Shown: positions 39,825 through 53,900 of the stretch, one piece after another
Position numbering within the stretch: the first letter of the stretch is position 1
How the letters are laid out: the number at the start of each line of letters is the position of its first letter
Source: Phoronis australis
Lineage: Eukaryota > Animalia > Phoronida
Reading direction: 5' to 3'
DNA: 64,000 bases
Assembly (NCBI GenBank): GCA_002633005.1
Contig: NMRA01000106.1
Coordinates: 105,655 to 169,654, forward strand
Position numbers and translations under genes: made by a program
The notes under the pieces: generated by a model
Told to the model about the DNA's origin: nothing
Databases searched by the model: none
What the model saw: only the letters and a program-made list of their open reading frames with translations

Positions 39825-42605
39825 AATAGCGACATCTCATGTCCAACAAGAAGCGATTTTCACAGTAGACATGCTTGATGTTGCATTTCTAATCAATTAG
39901 CTACCAAAAACGAAATATTGATTACCATAATAAGATTTGAATTCCGATATCAACAAGAATATTGAAACCATCAGCGACTCGAGAAAAACCTTTAGAGTTT
40001 ATTGAGGTTGACCATTCAAAAATTGCACCTTGACAAACATTGCCTTTGACTTGAGTTGCCGGTTCATTCGGCAACAATTCAAGATCCGATAAGAGTGGTA
40101 ATGTTTTGAAAGCGCTTCGGTTATAAAATCCTATATGGACAGCTAAACAGTGACGAAATGTCGTGAGCATTAAATGCTGACACGATTTAAAACAGATAAA
40201 CGCAATAAATTTTACAACAGTTATGCACATTTTCTGTGAATGTAAGGTAATGAGAAATGTTATGAAATCTGAAAACGATGAATAAGTATTAAAAGATATG
40301 CTGTGCAACAAATCGTGTGCTGTAGTACAAAGTGTCCCTGTCACCACAATAAGTCATCGGTGACGATTCGTGAAGTGGTGACAATTGTGGGCGTAGCAGG
40401 ATCACATCTGAGGAAACAACTTACAAGCGATGAAATCGGCGGCGAGCTAGTTAATTTCCGTTCGTGCTTAAACAAAGGCCCCTAGAGTCAGTCTTCATTG
40501 GTAGAACGTGTACTATCGAGAGAAAAAAATAACTGAAAATGGTGGATAAGTTTTGATGGTCATAACCTTGGAGCGGTCGTGATCTGACCTATGCTTCCCC
40601 TGACTGTACAATGCTGTAGAATAATACGGTGTTTCGACATTTACTCATACACAGCTACTTGTAGGTGACTAACGTTACCATGACTTCGAGCATGATTGTG
40701 ACTTAATTGAAGCGGCCCAAGTTTCACCGTGCCAGATCGACACAAGTAAAAGACTAAGAATTCACAGCAAACACGTAACTTTGTTAATGAGCGAAAACCA
40801 TTACAGCATGATTGGGAATTTCTACAAAAGCGTACATGAATAATTTACTAATTGCACAATGTCTTCAATTACACATAATCTTATGGAAATTACACGACCT
40901 AAGGGATGCACTCTGGGAAGTTACCAAGGCGACATCAGATTCGCACGAGTTTTATAATTGACATTTTCTCACTTTCGGCACACACTGGGCAGGATCTAAG
41001 TAAAAATATACCCACATTGCATGGAAGAAAATATGAGTTCCTTACTCCAATTAAAAGTGAGATTAGGTCTTCCAAAAAACGACAGTTCATTATTCCTCGA
41101 GACAATACTCGCCGACCTGGCGATCTTGGTCTCGAGTAATAATCAAATTTCCAATCTTTCCAAGTCCAGGATTGAGAAAAAAAATTGAGACCAATTTCAT
41201 ACATGTCACGGTAACAGGACCAAGTTAAAACTAGTTTTGTGACGTAAGCAAAGTGTTCTTTTAACCACTTTAAAACCACTATGAGACGCAAGCAAAGTGT
41301 TCTTATAACCACTTTAAAACCCGGCCAGTTGTGCTCTGGTTGAAACCCAGGAGAAAAACAGAGCACCTTCGCAAAATCAAAATTGACGAAAAAAATCCGA
41401 CGTCACACTTGACAACTCCCACGCATCTCGTCTTTCTCTGAAGGAATTTTGAAACATCAAGCCAGTACACAAAATATGTAATCACGTGCGCTACCCACTA
41501 CATTGAGAAAATCACAAACAAAAAACACAAATCAAAAATCATCTGACACCATATTCGAGAACCCCTCTAAAAACTCCAAGTCAAAGCAAATAAAAAGATT
41601 TCCAACCTGAAAAATGAGACCTTGGTTTCAACGTGGAGTTAAATGAAAAGGATGACATTGTTTGATTTCGCTAGCTTTAACAAAAGTAACAATTCCCTGC
41701 ACTACTGAAAAGGCAACATTCTTTCCTGGAAGGCTTTCATATAACCAGGCAAGACCTAACGTGTATAGACGTATTGCTTCCAACTATTGCTCCATGTTTC
41801 CAACATAAATGCATACACCAGCTCTGGAGAACACTAATAACATGGATTCATATCAATCATGAGCACATTACATATGAGATCTTAAGAGGCAAAACGTTAG
41901 TAATCTACACATTAGATATCGGTTATCTGTATCCAAAATGTTTCTGTTCAATTGATGTGACATCGATTCCATAACTTGAAAGAGGAGCTGAACTCGTGTT
42001 GGGTATACTAAAAGATTAACCATGTAATATGAATCATATCCATCTTCAAAATGAAACCCATCTGTCGTTTGTTACATCAAGACGCATCACATTCGGCATC
42101 CAACAAATCTTTAGCCAAGACATTAAAACATTTCAAAAATTATTTTGTCCGGGCCAATCCCCACACAAATTTGAAACCCAAGTCCGGCACGGTCACTATG
42201 CACTTATGCAGTGGCGCTTCAGGCGCATACCAAGCACATCTTTACATACCCAAAATCGAGCTCAGTTCCTCTTAAACCACACTACAAGTTTAAGGACTAT
42301 GCACTGCTCCATATAACAATTATTAAGAGGATTTCAGAATCAACATCAAACCGCGTAAAACGTGATGCAGCCTTTTACAAATTCTGGCGCGCCATCTGGA
42401 GATGGTAGCACAATATGTTCCAATCTACAAGACGCCATTGCGGGCAAGGACAAGGTACAAGTAAAATACCACCACTGCACCTCCCTTCAATGATGGAAGC
42501 ATTGTTTGCATAGAACACTTGATAAGTACTCATGACATGGTACAATAGAAAAAGAACATGAACTGAAAAATACAGAGAAGAATGTCACTCTATTCTCCAT
42601 TACGT

Positions 42606-44884
42606 TTTATTAAAGACATGACCAGTAGAAAAGAGAACAATGCCGTGTCAAAGAACAAAGCTGAGGGATATCAATGGTGACAACAGAACGCCATATACCA
42701 TGTATTTCCGAGAGAATCTGGATGAAATTAAACTACCGACATTTACAAAGTACTGCTCTAAACAGGTGGCTATGCCACTCTGCTCAAAAAACTGGGAGAT
42801 TCCACACAGACCGATCAAAAAGTCAAAAGTTAAAGCATACAGCAGTCTTGTTTCCTCAACCATAAATGCACTTGAAGTGAAAACCCAAACAAATAATTGA
42901 CAAAAAATGGGCGAAACAACAGATATTCAAAAGACTGCTTTTAGCACCTTCTTGGTAACACAAACCAGTACTTCGACCTCGACTTCATCCTCCAATGTGA
43001 TTGGTCTACTAAGTCACATGATATGCAAATCCCCATCAGCGTTTAACAAATTCTGCTCCACAAAGTATGGCAATTTGACATTCAGACCGTTTTCAGCTTT
43101 AATTACACGGTATAACAATGCACAACTAAGCAGATGTTAATATTCTTCAAATACAATTTTGTACATATCATAAGTATAAGATCCTTTTACTAGCCACTTG
43201 AAACAACACTAAAAAACAGCTCCAAAATCACCCATAATGCATAGCAGCTACTAAATGCAAAGAAAATACGCTGTGCATGTGACCAGTGCGATAGCTACAT
43301 CTAATACTAGTTTGTGCAATAACTAAATCTAGAGTGTGAAACCACTAGCTCTAAGCTAGTTCTCGTGCATCTACACGGTTGCTGCTGTATGTAAATATAT
43401 GACCCCGCTTAAGACAGAGTGTAAGAAGAAAGATTGCATAAGTGCTTTTTATTGAACCACAATTGAAAAACACATGCAAGCGATCATGCACCAGTGAATC
43501 GACCCAGAGGAAGATATTATGAACTGTTCCAAGGAGTGTGCCTGCTATTGACAACTTGCAAATGAGAGGAAGAGCACACTGGGTTTTGTATTGCTTTTAC
43601 TGGTGTCCTGATTTGATATGTGCGCAGGACTTTTCTGTGCTTTTGACAATTTCGAATAGAAATGGAGAGACAGCACAAAAGGTTTTGATTTTTTGACAAC
43701 CAAAAAGCATTTGATCAATGGATGTCAATTTGGTGTCCAAAAAGCACTGGCTTAGAAAGGTAGCAACATTTCTATGAGGGGGGGGGGGGGNGCTGGTGGT
43801 TAAATAAGACTTCATATATAGAGTAAATAGTACCTAGCATTTCAAAAAAATAATCCAAAATCGAAATTCACAGCCATCATCACTGCGTGAAGTTGACACA
43901 CAACTTGAGCGCAGTAAAGATCTATACAGGTCCTTGGATGGACTGATCTACCAACAGATCACCAATGGCAGCCTAAGAACCTGTACAGTTGAAAAATTTG
44001 ACATAAAACCGTTTATTGACACTCCGACACATCAGTAATACTAGAATATAAGATCATCTTTGACCATTGGTGAGCAATGTCATCCAACCACGCAAGAGCT
44101 ATACTCGCGTAAAATTCAGTAACTTTGCCACCAGAAATTGTCGGATTACACAAACCCAATAAATAACTTGAACTGCCTCAACTATCTTGGACTTCCTTCT
44201 CCCAGTTACAGTCTCTCGACAAAGAGATTCTACAGTGACTGCACTCTTTAACTGCGACCGCCTAACAAAGTGGCTTGCAACTCAAAAAAATAAAATCATA
44301 TGGATTTTCCAAAAACACAAACACAGCAAATGTGTAATTTTCTAATATCATGTCACTGTCTCAACACGAACTAGGCACTCTGCGGACAACTGTGACTTCT
44401 TTATGGTTAGTCAAGCGGAGACAATTTAGTAAAGCCCTACTTCACCACAAAGTAATTCACAATGTAGCCAAAAACGGAGGTCCATTTCAACCCTCCCTCC
44501 CTAGCTAGACCACTGGCCACAACAAATGCCCAGTACGTGTAAAGATGACAAGTAAACTGTTGAGAGCCATTTTGTATACAAGCCTATTTCCAGGCTATTC
44601 ACAAGACAACCACTCATCACATGAGCAGTTTACACAGTTGTTTTCAAAAAAAGATAGAATATAGCTTCAGCGAAAAAAACGGAAAACCTCTGTTTGAAGC
44701 ACTCTGAGACTTTCAAAGAAAACATTTGGATTGTTGACAAAGTTGAGTTTAGATGTTGAAAAATGACAACTGGCAGTAGATCTGTTTTTGAAAACTACTG
44801 TATTTAAGATTGGCTTCTGAAGTGGTATTGTAAAGGCAGACTTTTTAGGTAGCTGCCTTGGCATGCACACGTCTGCATGGTGAC
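42606..44884 (-). other. Probable Argonaute 3' UTR with candidate poly(A) signals
   Basis: Follows the stop codon. AATAAA on the minus strand at 44012-44017, 43448-43453 and 42606-42611. True 3' end unknown. Confidence 0.4.
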
Positions 44885-44996
44885 CTAGGCAAAGTACATG
44901 ACCTTGGTTGTCTCGTTGTGGATCTGCACCGCACGTGCCATGGCTGACAAGTTACGGTCCTGCTCACTGCCGCCGGAATGATGGCTGCCCTCACCG
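44885..44996 (-). CDS. Ago1: Argonaute last coding exon ([10 protein letters not shown]...KVMYFA*)
   Basis: ctctttcag| acceptor; TAG at 44885-44887. Confidence 0.92.
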
Positions 44997-47900
44997 CTGA
45001 AAGAGAAGCAGACGGCTCACGTCACAATGAGAAAATCAGGCACCATGTGAATGTAGACAAGGCACAACTTATTGTCAGTGAAACTATACTAACACAAACA
45101 AAAATAAAATAAACCAGAAACTACTTACAATAAAATTTACAATAAGTGCCTGTATTAGACCTGTTAACAAGCTCACATGCACACACACACAAAACGCTTT
45201 CGAAACATTTTGTTAATAACAACATCAAAACTACAATTAGAAAGTGCCTCATTGGTGCTCGGCTGCATTGGTGCTAAATAGGTTATGGAGCAACTTATAA
45301 ACATGCCTGTGTATTTCACCAAATACCTACAAAATTATATACATACTTTCTGAAAGTGGGAAGCCTGTAGAATTTGTTTTTTCTTTACTGTGTACCTTGG
45401 CACTTTAAAGGAGAATGACACCCAATTTAATTAGTCTTTTTAGCGTCTTAATCGGTCTATATCCGCATCGCCTCTTATACAGTCAACCTCACCTTGTCGA
45501 GAGGTGTCGCGTTAACCTGTGAGGAAGGTGAGAAACAATGCAGCGACGTCAGTGGTTCGTCTGCAGAGTGAGTGCCGCTATATTGCGGTGCATCATTCCC
45601 ACTTGTCCGAACTATGAAACTATGAAGAAAGTGGGTATATCGTTTTTTCGACTTCCTCGAGAACCCGAAATGCTTAGGAAGTGGCTCGCGGTAGTGAAGA
45701 ATGAAAGATAGGCTGTTAATAGCAAGTATGAGGCCATGAAACATCTCCGTGTCTGTGTCCGGCATTTCGTCAACAATAATTTCTCTAACGAATTCCGGCT
45801 TACCAAAGAACTATCCATACATATGTTCCGTTGCCTGTGCATGTTCACGGCACATCTCTAGTATTTCTTGATCAGTGTATTACGGTTCGAACCGATAGCC
45901 TGTGAAACCTAACGATCCGACCCGTAAAGTCTTTGTCGCCTGAGCTCTTGACGTACTAAGTTGGGATTGGCGTGGGGCACCACAGTTGCCATTTATTAGT
46001 AGACGTTTATTATTCTGCATTCTGTTTCAAAATGAATTATTCTCATCCTAACCAATGCTTATATGAAACTGAAACAAACAAAGTCCGTCTCATTAGATAC
46101 AAGTGGTAATGCCTTGGAGTGCTCGTGAGTGCAAATGTTTTGAGAAGCCAGCAATGAAGAAACCACTGCGTTACTGGCTTTTGATGCCAGAAACAAAGGT
46201 AATTGACTGGGCACCGAGGCCGTGTGAGCGCACGTTAATTCAGTGTTTGCTGACAGAAAGCTGTTGTGAAACAATTACTCGATTTTATATGCTATGGTCA
46301 CATGTTAGGGGAATCTTTATTTAGAAATACAAATACATTATTCAAATCATTGTTACTGTACAACCTTTGCCCTGACGGTCTGTGGAACGGGAACCCGACA
46401 TCGTGGCCCCCGACAAGTAAGTAGATTTTCAGTTTCGTGGCCAATTCACATAAATTAAATAATTACGTGCACATTATTTCTTTGGCTCACTATTATAGAC
46501 TTTTCGTGACTGGAGGTTTAGCTTCCAACTCAAGCTGGTTTATGCTCGTGCCAGTCCCGGCGGCTGCGACGGGCCTGGATAACAAGCGTTTTGTGTGTTT
46601 AGAACTCAAAAAATCACAAGTATAACAACACAGATCTAGGTTTTCCTGTCTGTATTTCACGGAAGAATACTTTGAATTTATCTCCGAACAGACCCCAAAC
46701 TCCTCAGTGCTAGCGACCTTGGTAAACTTGCCTGCCGAACTTTGTACGCTACGGTGTGTCCAAATACCAGTAAATTCGTAACAGCAAAATAAAACAAGAA
46801 GTTTTACAAGAACTGTATTTTTAAGGGTTTCACATCGAAGTTTTATGATTTATTGGTGTTAAACGATGACTTCAAGCGATAAGCTGACACCAGTAACCCA
46901 TGTTGTGAACTGCTGAACAGACTGTGTGTGAAATCAATTACGTCATTAGATAATTTCAACATCTCCGTCTGCCGTCAGGTGATTCAACCGAACGTGCGGT
47001 TGTCAAGTAGAACTACTCGATCTAAATTGATACAAAATAGACTGTTTTTTGGGTGGCATTCTCCTTTAATTGCAAAACAACGGTGTTAATAAGATAGCCA
47101 TTAAACAAAGGCCCTTCCAAACCCACCCCCCCCACACACACGCCCGCACACAACTTCCAGTCACGGCACACCAAGATCCACACAACAGCCAGCGATACCT
47201 AGTGGACAAAGTATCTTCTAACCTGTCATGGTCCTTCTCCACCAGGTGGTAGCGTGCGCGGAAGGCCACAAGGTGGGCGTAGTAGGCGGGAGCAGGGATG
47301 GAGACACTACGTGTGCAGCGCACATAGGTGTGGCACAGTTGGTAGGTCAGCGACTGCAGCTCATCTGCCTTCAGACGGTTGTCATCCCACAGGACGTGGT
47401 AGTGAGATGGACGGCTGGTGCCCTGCAACATGGCCATCACACAACCAGTAGCAAATTTGTTTTGTGCATTATAAATATAATCCAGACTACTGACCCAATA
47501 CCTCCTTTATAAGGTCATTAGAATCAAAATGAAACAGTGACACTTATTTGGAATGCAGTACATAGTAATAATGAACATGTGATTTTGATAAACACCTCAC
47601 CAGTTGATCAGCGCTGAATCACAACACCCTAACTGTTTGAGAGAGAATGTCGGCAACTAAATCATCCTGCTCACTCACCTGGATACCAGCATGGCTGCAT
47701 AGATAGAAATCAAACTCGGTGGGGTGTGTGATGCCGACATCGACGGTGGTGCCGGCTGGAATGTTACCGCTCCTGCCGATCTGGTCCTTCTTCTCAGCGC
47801 AGAAGAGGCGCGTGTGATGGCGCTTCTGAACCACGATGAAGGTGATGCCTGGCTTGTAGTCTTTCTCAATGCTCAGACAGGCCTCGCGCACTGCCAGCAA

Positions 47901-50900
47901 CTCATGTTGCAGCACCTAAGGATAGAGAACACTCAGGATCAAGTATAACACAGGTGCCAGACAGCAATGACAACAACGGAGATAAGTAGCACATACGGAT
48001 ACTACCCAGGCGGGTACTGAGTTATCTGGACTTCATTCAAATCCTACCCAGGCGGACTCTCTTCAGACAGTCAAATTCTTTGCTACATGCTACATTTCCA
48101 CATTTTCCTGTAGCAAAAAGAACTGGCTTCATAAAGAGTTTGAAATTGCGATTATCAATAGACTCATTCTGAACTGGTAACCAATTTTCCAACAAGGTAG
48201 AAAAATGCCTGGAATAACTGAGCACACTTCTCAAAGGTTAGGCATTTTTACGCACGTCTGATGGCTTGAGTCAGACGAGCTAAGATACACTGTGAAATAG
48301 GTTAAACAAACTCCTTTTTTAGCTTAAAGCACCATACTTCAACTAATCAACACCAGCCAACCTACCTGCTGGAACTGCCCCTCGCTGACACCGTCGCGGT
48401 AGAAGATAATTCTACTGGGCTTGAACCTGGTGGATCTGTAGAAACTGAGCAGCATCTCGCGCACCATCGAAGCCAACTCTTGTATAATCTCCTGCCGATG
48501 TTGCTGGATGCGCACGGTTGCCGCGTAACGACTCGGGTGACCATCCATACTGCCCACCACGGCCGCGATGGACGGTTTGGATGTGTCGCCGGCTGGAGGG
48601 TGGGTCACATCGGCACCAAGGAAAATGAGTGGCTCATTGAAGACGGCTGGTCTGTAAGTGACAACATGACATATTAGCACAAGTAGCAGTATTTATGGTC
48701 TGTAAGTGACAACATGACATATTAGCACAAGTAGCAGTATTTATGGTCTGTAAGTGACAACATGACATATTAGCACAAGTAGCAGTATTTATGGTCTGTA
48801 AGTGACAACATGACAGATTAGCACAAGTAGCAGTATTTAATAAATAACATCACAGTAGGCAGTAGGATGTTATTGATGTGTGCCCACCCAGTCTGTCACA
48901 ATAGCTACATACCGGACAGTAGGCAGCAGTATATTGTTGTATGCCGTCCCCAGCCTGTTTCAATAGCTACATACCTGACAGCAGGCAGCAGTATATTGTT
49001 GTCTGACCCACCCAGCCTGTTTCAATAGCTACATACCTGACAGCAGGCAGCAGTATATTGTTGTCTGATCCCCCAGCCTGTCACAACAGCCACACACTTG
49101 ACAGTAGGCAGCAGGATATTGTCTGCCCCCCCAGCCTGTCACAATAGCTACATACCTAACAGTAGGCAGCAGTATATTGTTGACGGTCAGCAGCAGCATC
49201 TTGCTGATGTCTGCCCCCCCCCTCCCGGTCATAATAGGTGCGTACATCAAAGTAGGCAGCAGGATATTGTTGATGTCTGCCGCCCCGGCCGGTCATAATA
49301 GGTGCATACATCACAGTAGGCAGCAGGATATTGTTGATGTGTGCCCCCAGCCTGTCACAATTCTACATACCTTACAGCAGGCAGCAAGATATTGTTGATG
49401 CCTCCCAGCTTGACATTGATCTTCAGACAAAGATTGGACAGAGTCTGGGGTGATGTCTTGTTTACGTTCTTGGCTTGAACACACTGCGTGGCCAGGCCAA
49501 ACAGAATGTCACCCACACGCTTCACTTCAGCTGCAAAGACAATTACATTGGCATAACACGTGAAGGACAAACTTTAAGGTTAGGTCTGACTAGAAAAATG
49601 TCCAAATATACATTGGGACATCACACCTTAGAAATGGCTGATCAGATTAATATGCAAATTTCAGATACAATGATTCATGAACTATTCTCCAAAATGTTTT
49701 TAAGAGTGACTTTTAAGACAACAGGAGTCACGCAGAGCATTGAAATGTGCCCACGAATGCACCGCTAACAGTGTGCTTCTAGGGGTGTTTATTTGGAACG
49801 TAAAAATGGCCACTAGAGGGCGTAAAATACGTCGAATCCATCCGAAAACTTGTATGTGTCATTAAAGCTATATACCAAGTTTCATAAAAATCCCTCGAGG
49901 AACTTCTGAGAAACAGAGGAAAATGAAAAAATGAAATTGCCACTAAGAGGCTATAGATGACAAAAAACATAACTGCCACTGAGAGGAGCCACATTAGATA
50001 AAGTCGTCCGAGAATCATTGCCAGACACCCTCTTCACATTAGAAACATACATGCCAATTTCCACAACCATCCTTAGAGTAGTTTGATTGACAGAGGGGCA
50101 TACGCCAAATAACAAGACTCAAAAACAGTAAAAATAGCCACTAGGTGGCTTAAAAAACCACAAATTGAACCGTAATTTGGAGGATAGTGTCAACTCACAG
50201 ATATCTATCTGCCAAATTTTATGAGAATCCGTTGACGATCTTTGAAGATAGAGGTAAAATTGAAAAAATTAAAATTGCAATTAGGGGGCACACCGGAAGT
50301 CCGATCCATCTGAAAGTCATCATCGTTTCTTGTCAAGTTCATATACATACACTTGCTAAATTTAATAAAGATCTTGCAGAGGGTTTAGAAACAGCCATGG
50401 GCGTAAAAAACTGCCACTAGGAGGCGCCGCAGTTGTTGAGGTTGTCAGAAAATCATCGTCAGCCCTCCTCTTCACATTAGGAACATACAAGCATATTTCC
50501 ACAATCATCCTTAGAGTGGTATGGTTGAAAGAGGTGCAGATGTCAAAAAACAGATTCGAAAACAGTAAAAATGGCCACAAGGTGGTGCAAAATGCCTTGA
50601 ATTTAACCGAAAACTGGATGATAACGTCACCTCACTAATAGATACCTATCTGTCAATGTTAAGAAAATCCATTGGCGGCCTTTTAAGATAAAAAGAAAAA
50701 TATAAAAAACTAAAATTGCCACTAGGGGGCACACCGGTAGCCTGATCCGTCCGAAAGTCATCCTCTGTTGTCAACTTCATATAAATACACCAGCAAAATT
50801 CAACAAAGATCCTGTAAAGCATCATCCGCCATCAGCTTCATTGGAACACATCTAACAAAATCTAATCAAGATCCTGTGAGGGGTTTAGGAGATACAGCCA

Positions 50901-53900
50901 TGGGCGCAAAAACAAACATAACTGCCACTACGAGGCGCCATAGCAGTCAAAGTCATACCGAAAATCATTGTCAGTGGCCATCTTCACAGTAAGAACATAA
51001 TTATATACCAAATTTTCAAAATCATACCTACAGCGGTTTGGTTGATACCTGGCCAGACGTTAAAAACAGATTAAACAAAAAGTAAAAATGGCCACTGGGT
51101 GGCACAAAGTACCTCAAATTTGTCCGAAAACGGGAGGATGGCACTATCTCACTAGTAGATTCCTAACCGCCAAATTTTATGAAAATCCGTGGGGGACCTC
51201 CGAAGATACAGAGGTAAGAGTAAAAAACTTTAATTGCCACTACGGGGCACACTGGTAGATGGAAAGGTCATCTGCCAAATCTCATCACGATTCTGTGTGG
51301 GGTTCAGGAGATACTGCTGCGAACACCGGATGCCCAGACAGAGATGATGGAGATATGCGACCACATATAAATAAGTGGGCGCATAAAAATCAAAAGTAGG
51401 AAAACACGAAAATGAAGTAATTTAGAAAAGCGTACCAGCATTTTTGATATTTCACCTTTAACATTGATATCAGCACAAATGCCTGCATGCATCATGTGAC
51501 AACCTTATCACACTAACGCCCCCAACTGATGAACTGCTTTTTGCTCTCTGACTGCAGTGCGTCACCACACTCAAAACCTGTAGCAAGAACATTGAAATGC
51601 ACCCCAAAAACTGTGGAAGGTGGGTTCACACACCCAGTGTTCGGAAGTGTAGAATGAGCACTGGATATATTTGCTGGCAGTTCAATTATGTCTCCTAACT
51701 CACCATACACAGGTGTCTTTCCTGGCAGAACGACCACAATCAGCTGTAGGCCACTGTATTGGTTCTTCAGGTATCTGAACATAGGCTCCACCTGGTCAGG
51801 ACCTGTGGCGTATTTGCAGAAGCACGGCTGGCCTATCATAGTCATGCCAGCGTCGTTGGAGATCCTCTGAAGCTGGGCGGTAAAGTTCCTGTAGGATAGA
51901 AGACGGGTGTTGCACGCACACACACACATCCCAGGAGATGAACCGAAAAATGACTAATCAAATACCAAATGGGTGGAGGCTATGAGCAAATATCAACAGG
52001 GAGGCAGATTTCCAATATGTAGGGTATTTTGTGTTATTTGGAATTTAAAAAAATTAAAGTGTAAAGAATGCAGTCTCACACGCTTTACAACACTGAGGGT
52101 GTTTTGTCAACAGTCTTAGTCTGGTTGTAACCAAGGTGGTCGTAACTAGTGATTTTAATTTGCTCACTTAAATACGGTTGACAAATCTGCATACAGAAAA
52201 TTACCACCTGAACTTCAGTTGTTATGTTTCACTCCCCTTAGCATATCGCATCATAATTCACAGCAATCCAATATTGAAGAGGCAACAAAATCTAAGAAAC
52301 ATTTTACACCACTTACCTCTTGTTCTCAACTGGTCCGCGACTCAGTCAAGAAGTGATTTCCGGATTTGCAAAAAACTGACAATTCGTTATTCATCGCGAC
52401 CATTCCCAGCAGATATAATGACACATCGTTGACCTCAACCAATAACAAATTGACCGTTGTTTCAAAGCCCAGAAATCCTCTCCAGTTTTAAACCAATTAC
52501 AGAACAGTAAGCGGTCTTAATCAAACATTGTTTATTTGCAATGGAAGTCAGGTTTACAGTCCACTTAACTAAAGTTAACCGACTTAACATTGTATTTAGG
52601 AGTGTGCAAGAAATGACACACATCACATTCATAGAGCAAGGTAAGTCAGGGTGTCCATACCTGAGGGCATCTTCGCGCACAGTCCTCTGGGGTGCAAAGC
52701 AAGCGATGGCCCACTTGTGAATCTCAATGCCGCTGAAGAACTGCTTGCCCCGCATGTCCCACACACCCTGATTGGGCAGCGCTTGAGCTTTGGTCTGCCA
52801 ACAGAACGACAGGTTTACACACGTGCTGCACTATACAAGGTTGTCATGACGTCAGTGCTAATTACAAAAGGTCAAAAAAAACCCCAAAAACTCTTTTACA
52901 AAACAATCTTGGGATTACAACACGAACAAAACTGCATAATTACGTTATCTTGTGGTCTGTTACATAACACATTTTATACGAGACAGGCCCCCACTTTGAT
53001 CTCTTGAACTGATTAAGAACGAAATTCAAGCACTTAGGCTGAATGCAAATAATAGTAACTGAATAAGTAATCTATGAAAAAGACAAAATGCCATTTTGCT
53101 AAGAGCAGTTATTTAAAAACTACAAATTCTTGCATCTTAAGATACTGAAGCCTTCTAAATTAGTCTTAAGCAACTAATCATGGCTAGCAAATGTTAGAAC
53201 AAGAAAAACAAATGTAAAAGAATAACTCACAAAGTATTCAAAAACTACGAGGTTCATTACACCAGTATATATATATATATATATAAGATCAGTAGTTACC
53301 CAAAAAATAAACTAGGAATGTTGGCTGAATGCGAGAGACTCAAAATTCACGCCCCTCTGTGTCGGATAAACCTTCAATAGGTAAGTGGAGCCAATAGAAC
53401 AAACAAGTAACTAGTGGCAAAGACAGTAGAGAGCTTTATAGTCAAACCACAGTGGTTGCAAGACCATTTTCAATGCCCCAAATGATTCATAGAGAGATGC
53501 ACAAATTACGAGAAATGATAAAGGAAATTTTTGGTCAACCTAGAATATGAACTTGGAGATTAATGTATAAACTACATGATCTGCTCAATGAGACACTGAA
53601 AATGAGCGCAATAGCCAACAAACCATCTGGCATCTTAAAGCAAATAATATGACTCAATGATACCACTCCCGTAAGAAAAAGAACTCAAAGAAAGAAGACG
53701 GAAAGAAAAACGCAGCACCGGGTAAGTGAAACAATGAAACCACACACGCATACCATGGTTCGTACAAAACTTTGACAAAAGTTCATAAAAACTACAAGCC
53801 TTTAAAAACTTTTTAAAATTTTCATAGTGACAATTTCTATCATCACAACAAACTTGTCAAAGAACTTCAAACTATCAAGTCAGTTGACCCCTTTCATCAA

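Noticed and set aside
40300-43800. Numerous 60-140 aa ORFs in the intergenic/UTR interval
   Set aside because: No recognisable domains or exon structure; consistent with random ORFs.
44804-44884. Stop-codon readthrough extension (AGO1x-like), 26 codons to the next TAA, with an imperfect let-7-like site CTACCTA
   Set aside because: TAG-G is a poor readthrough context, the length is expected by chance, and the seed match is imperfect.
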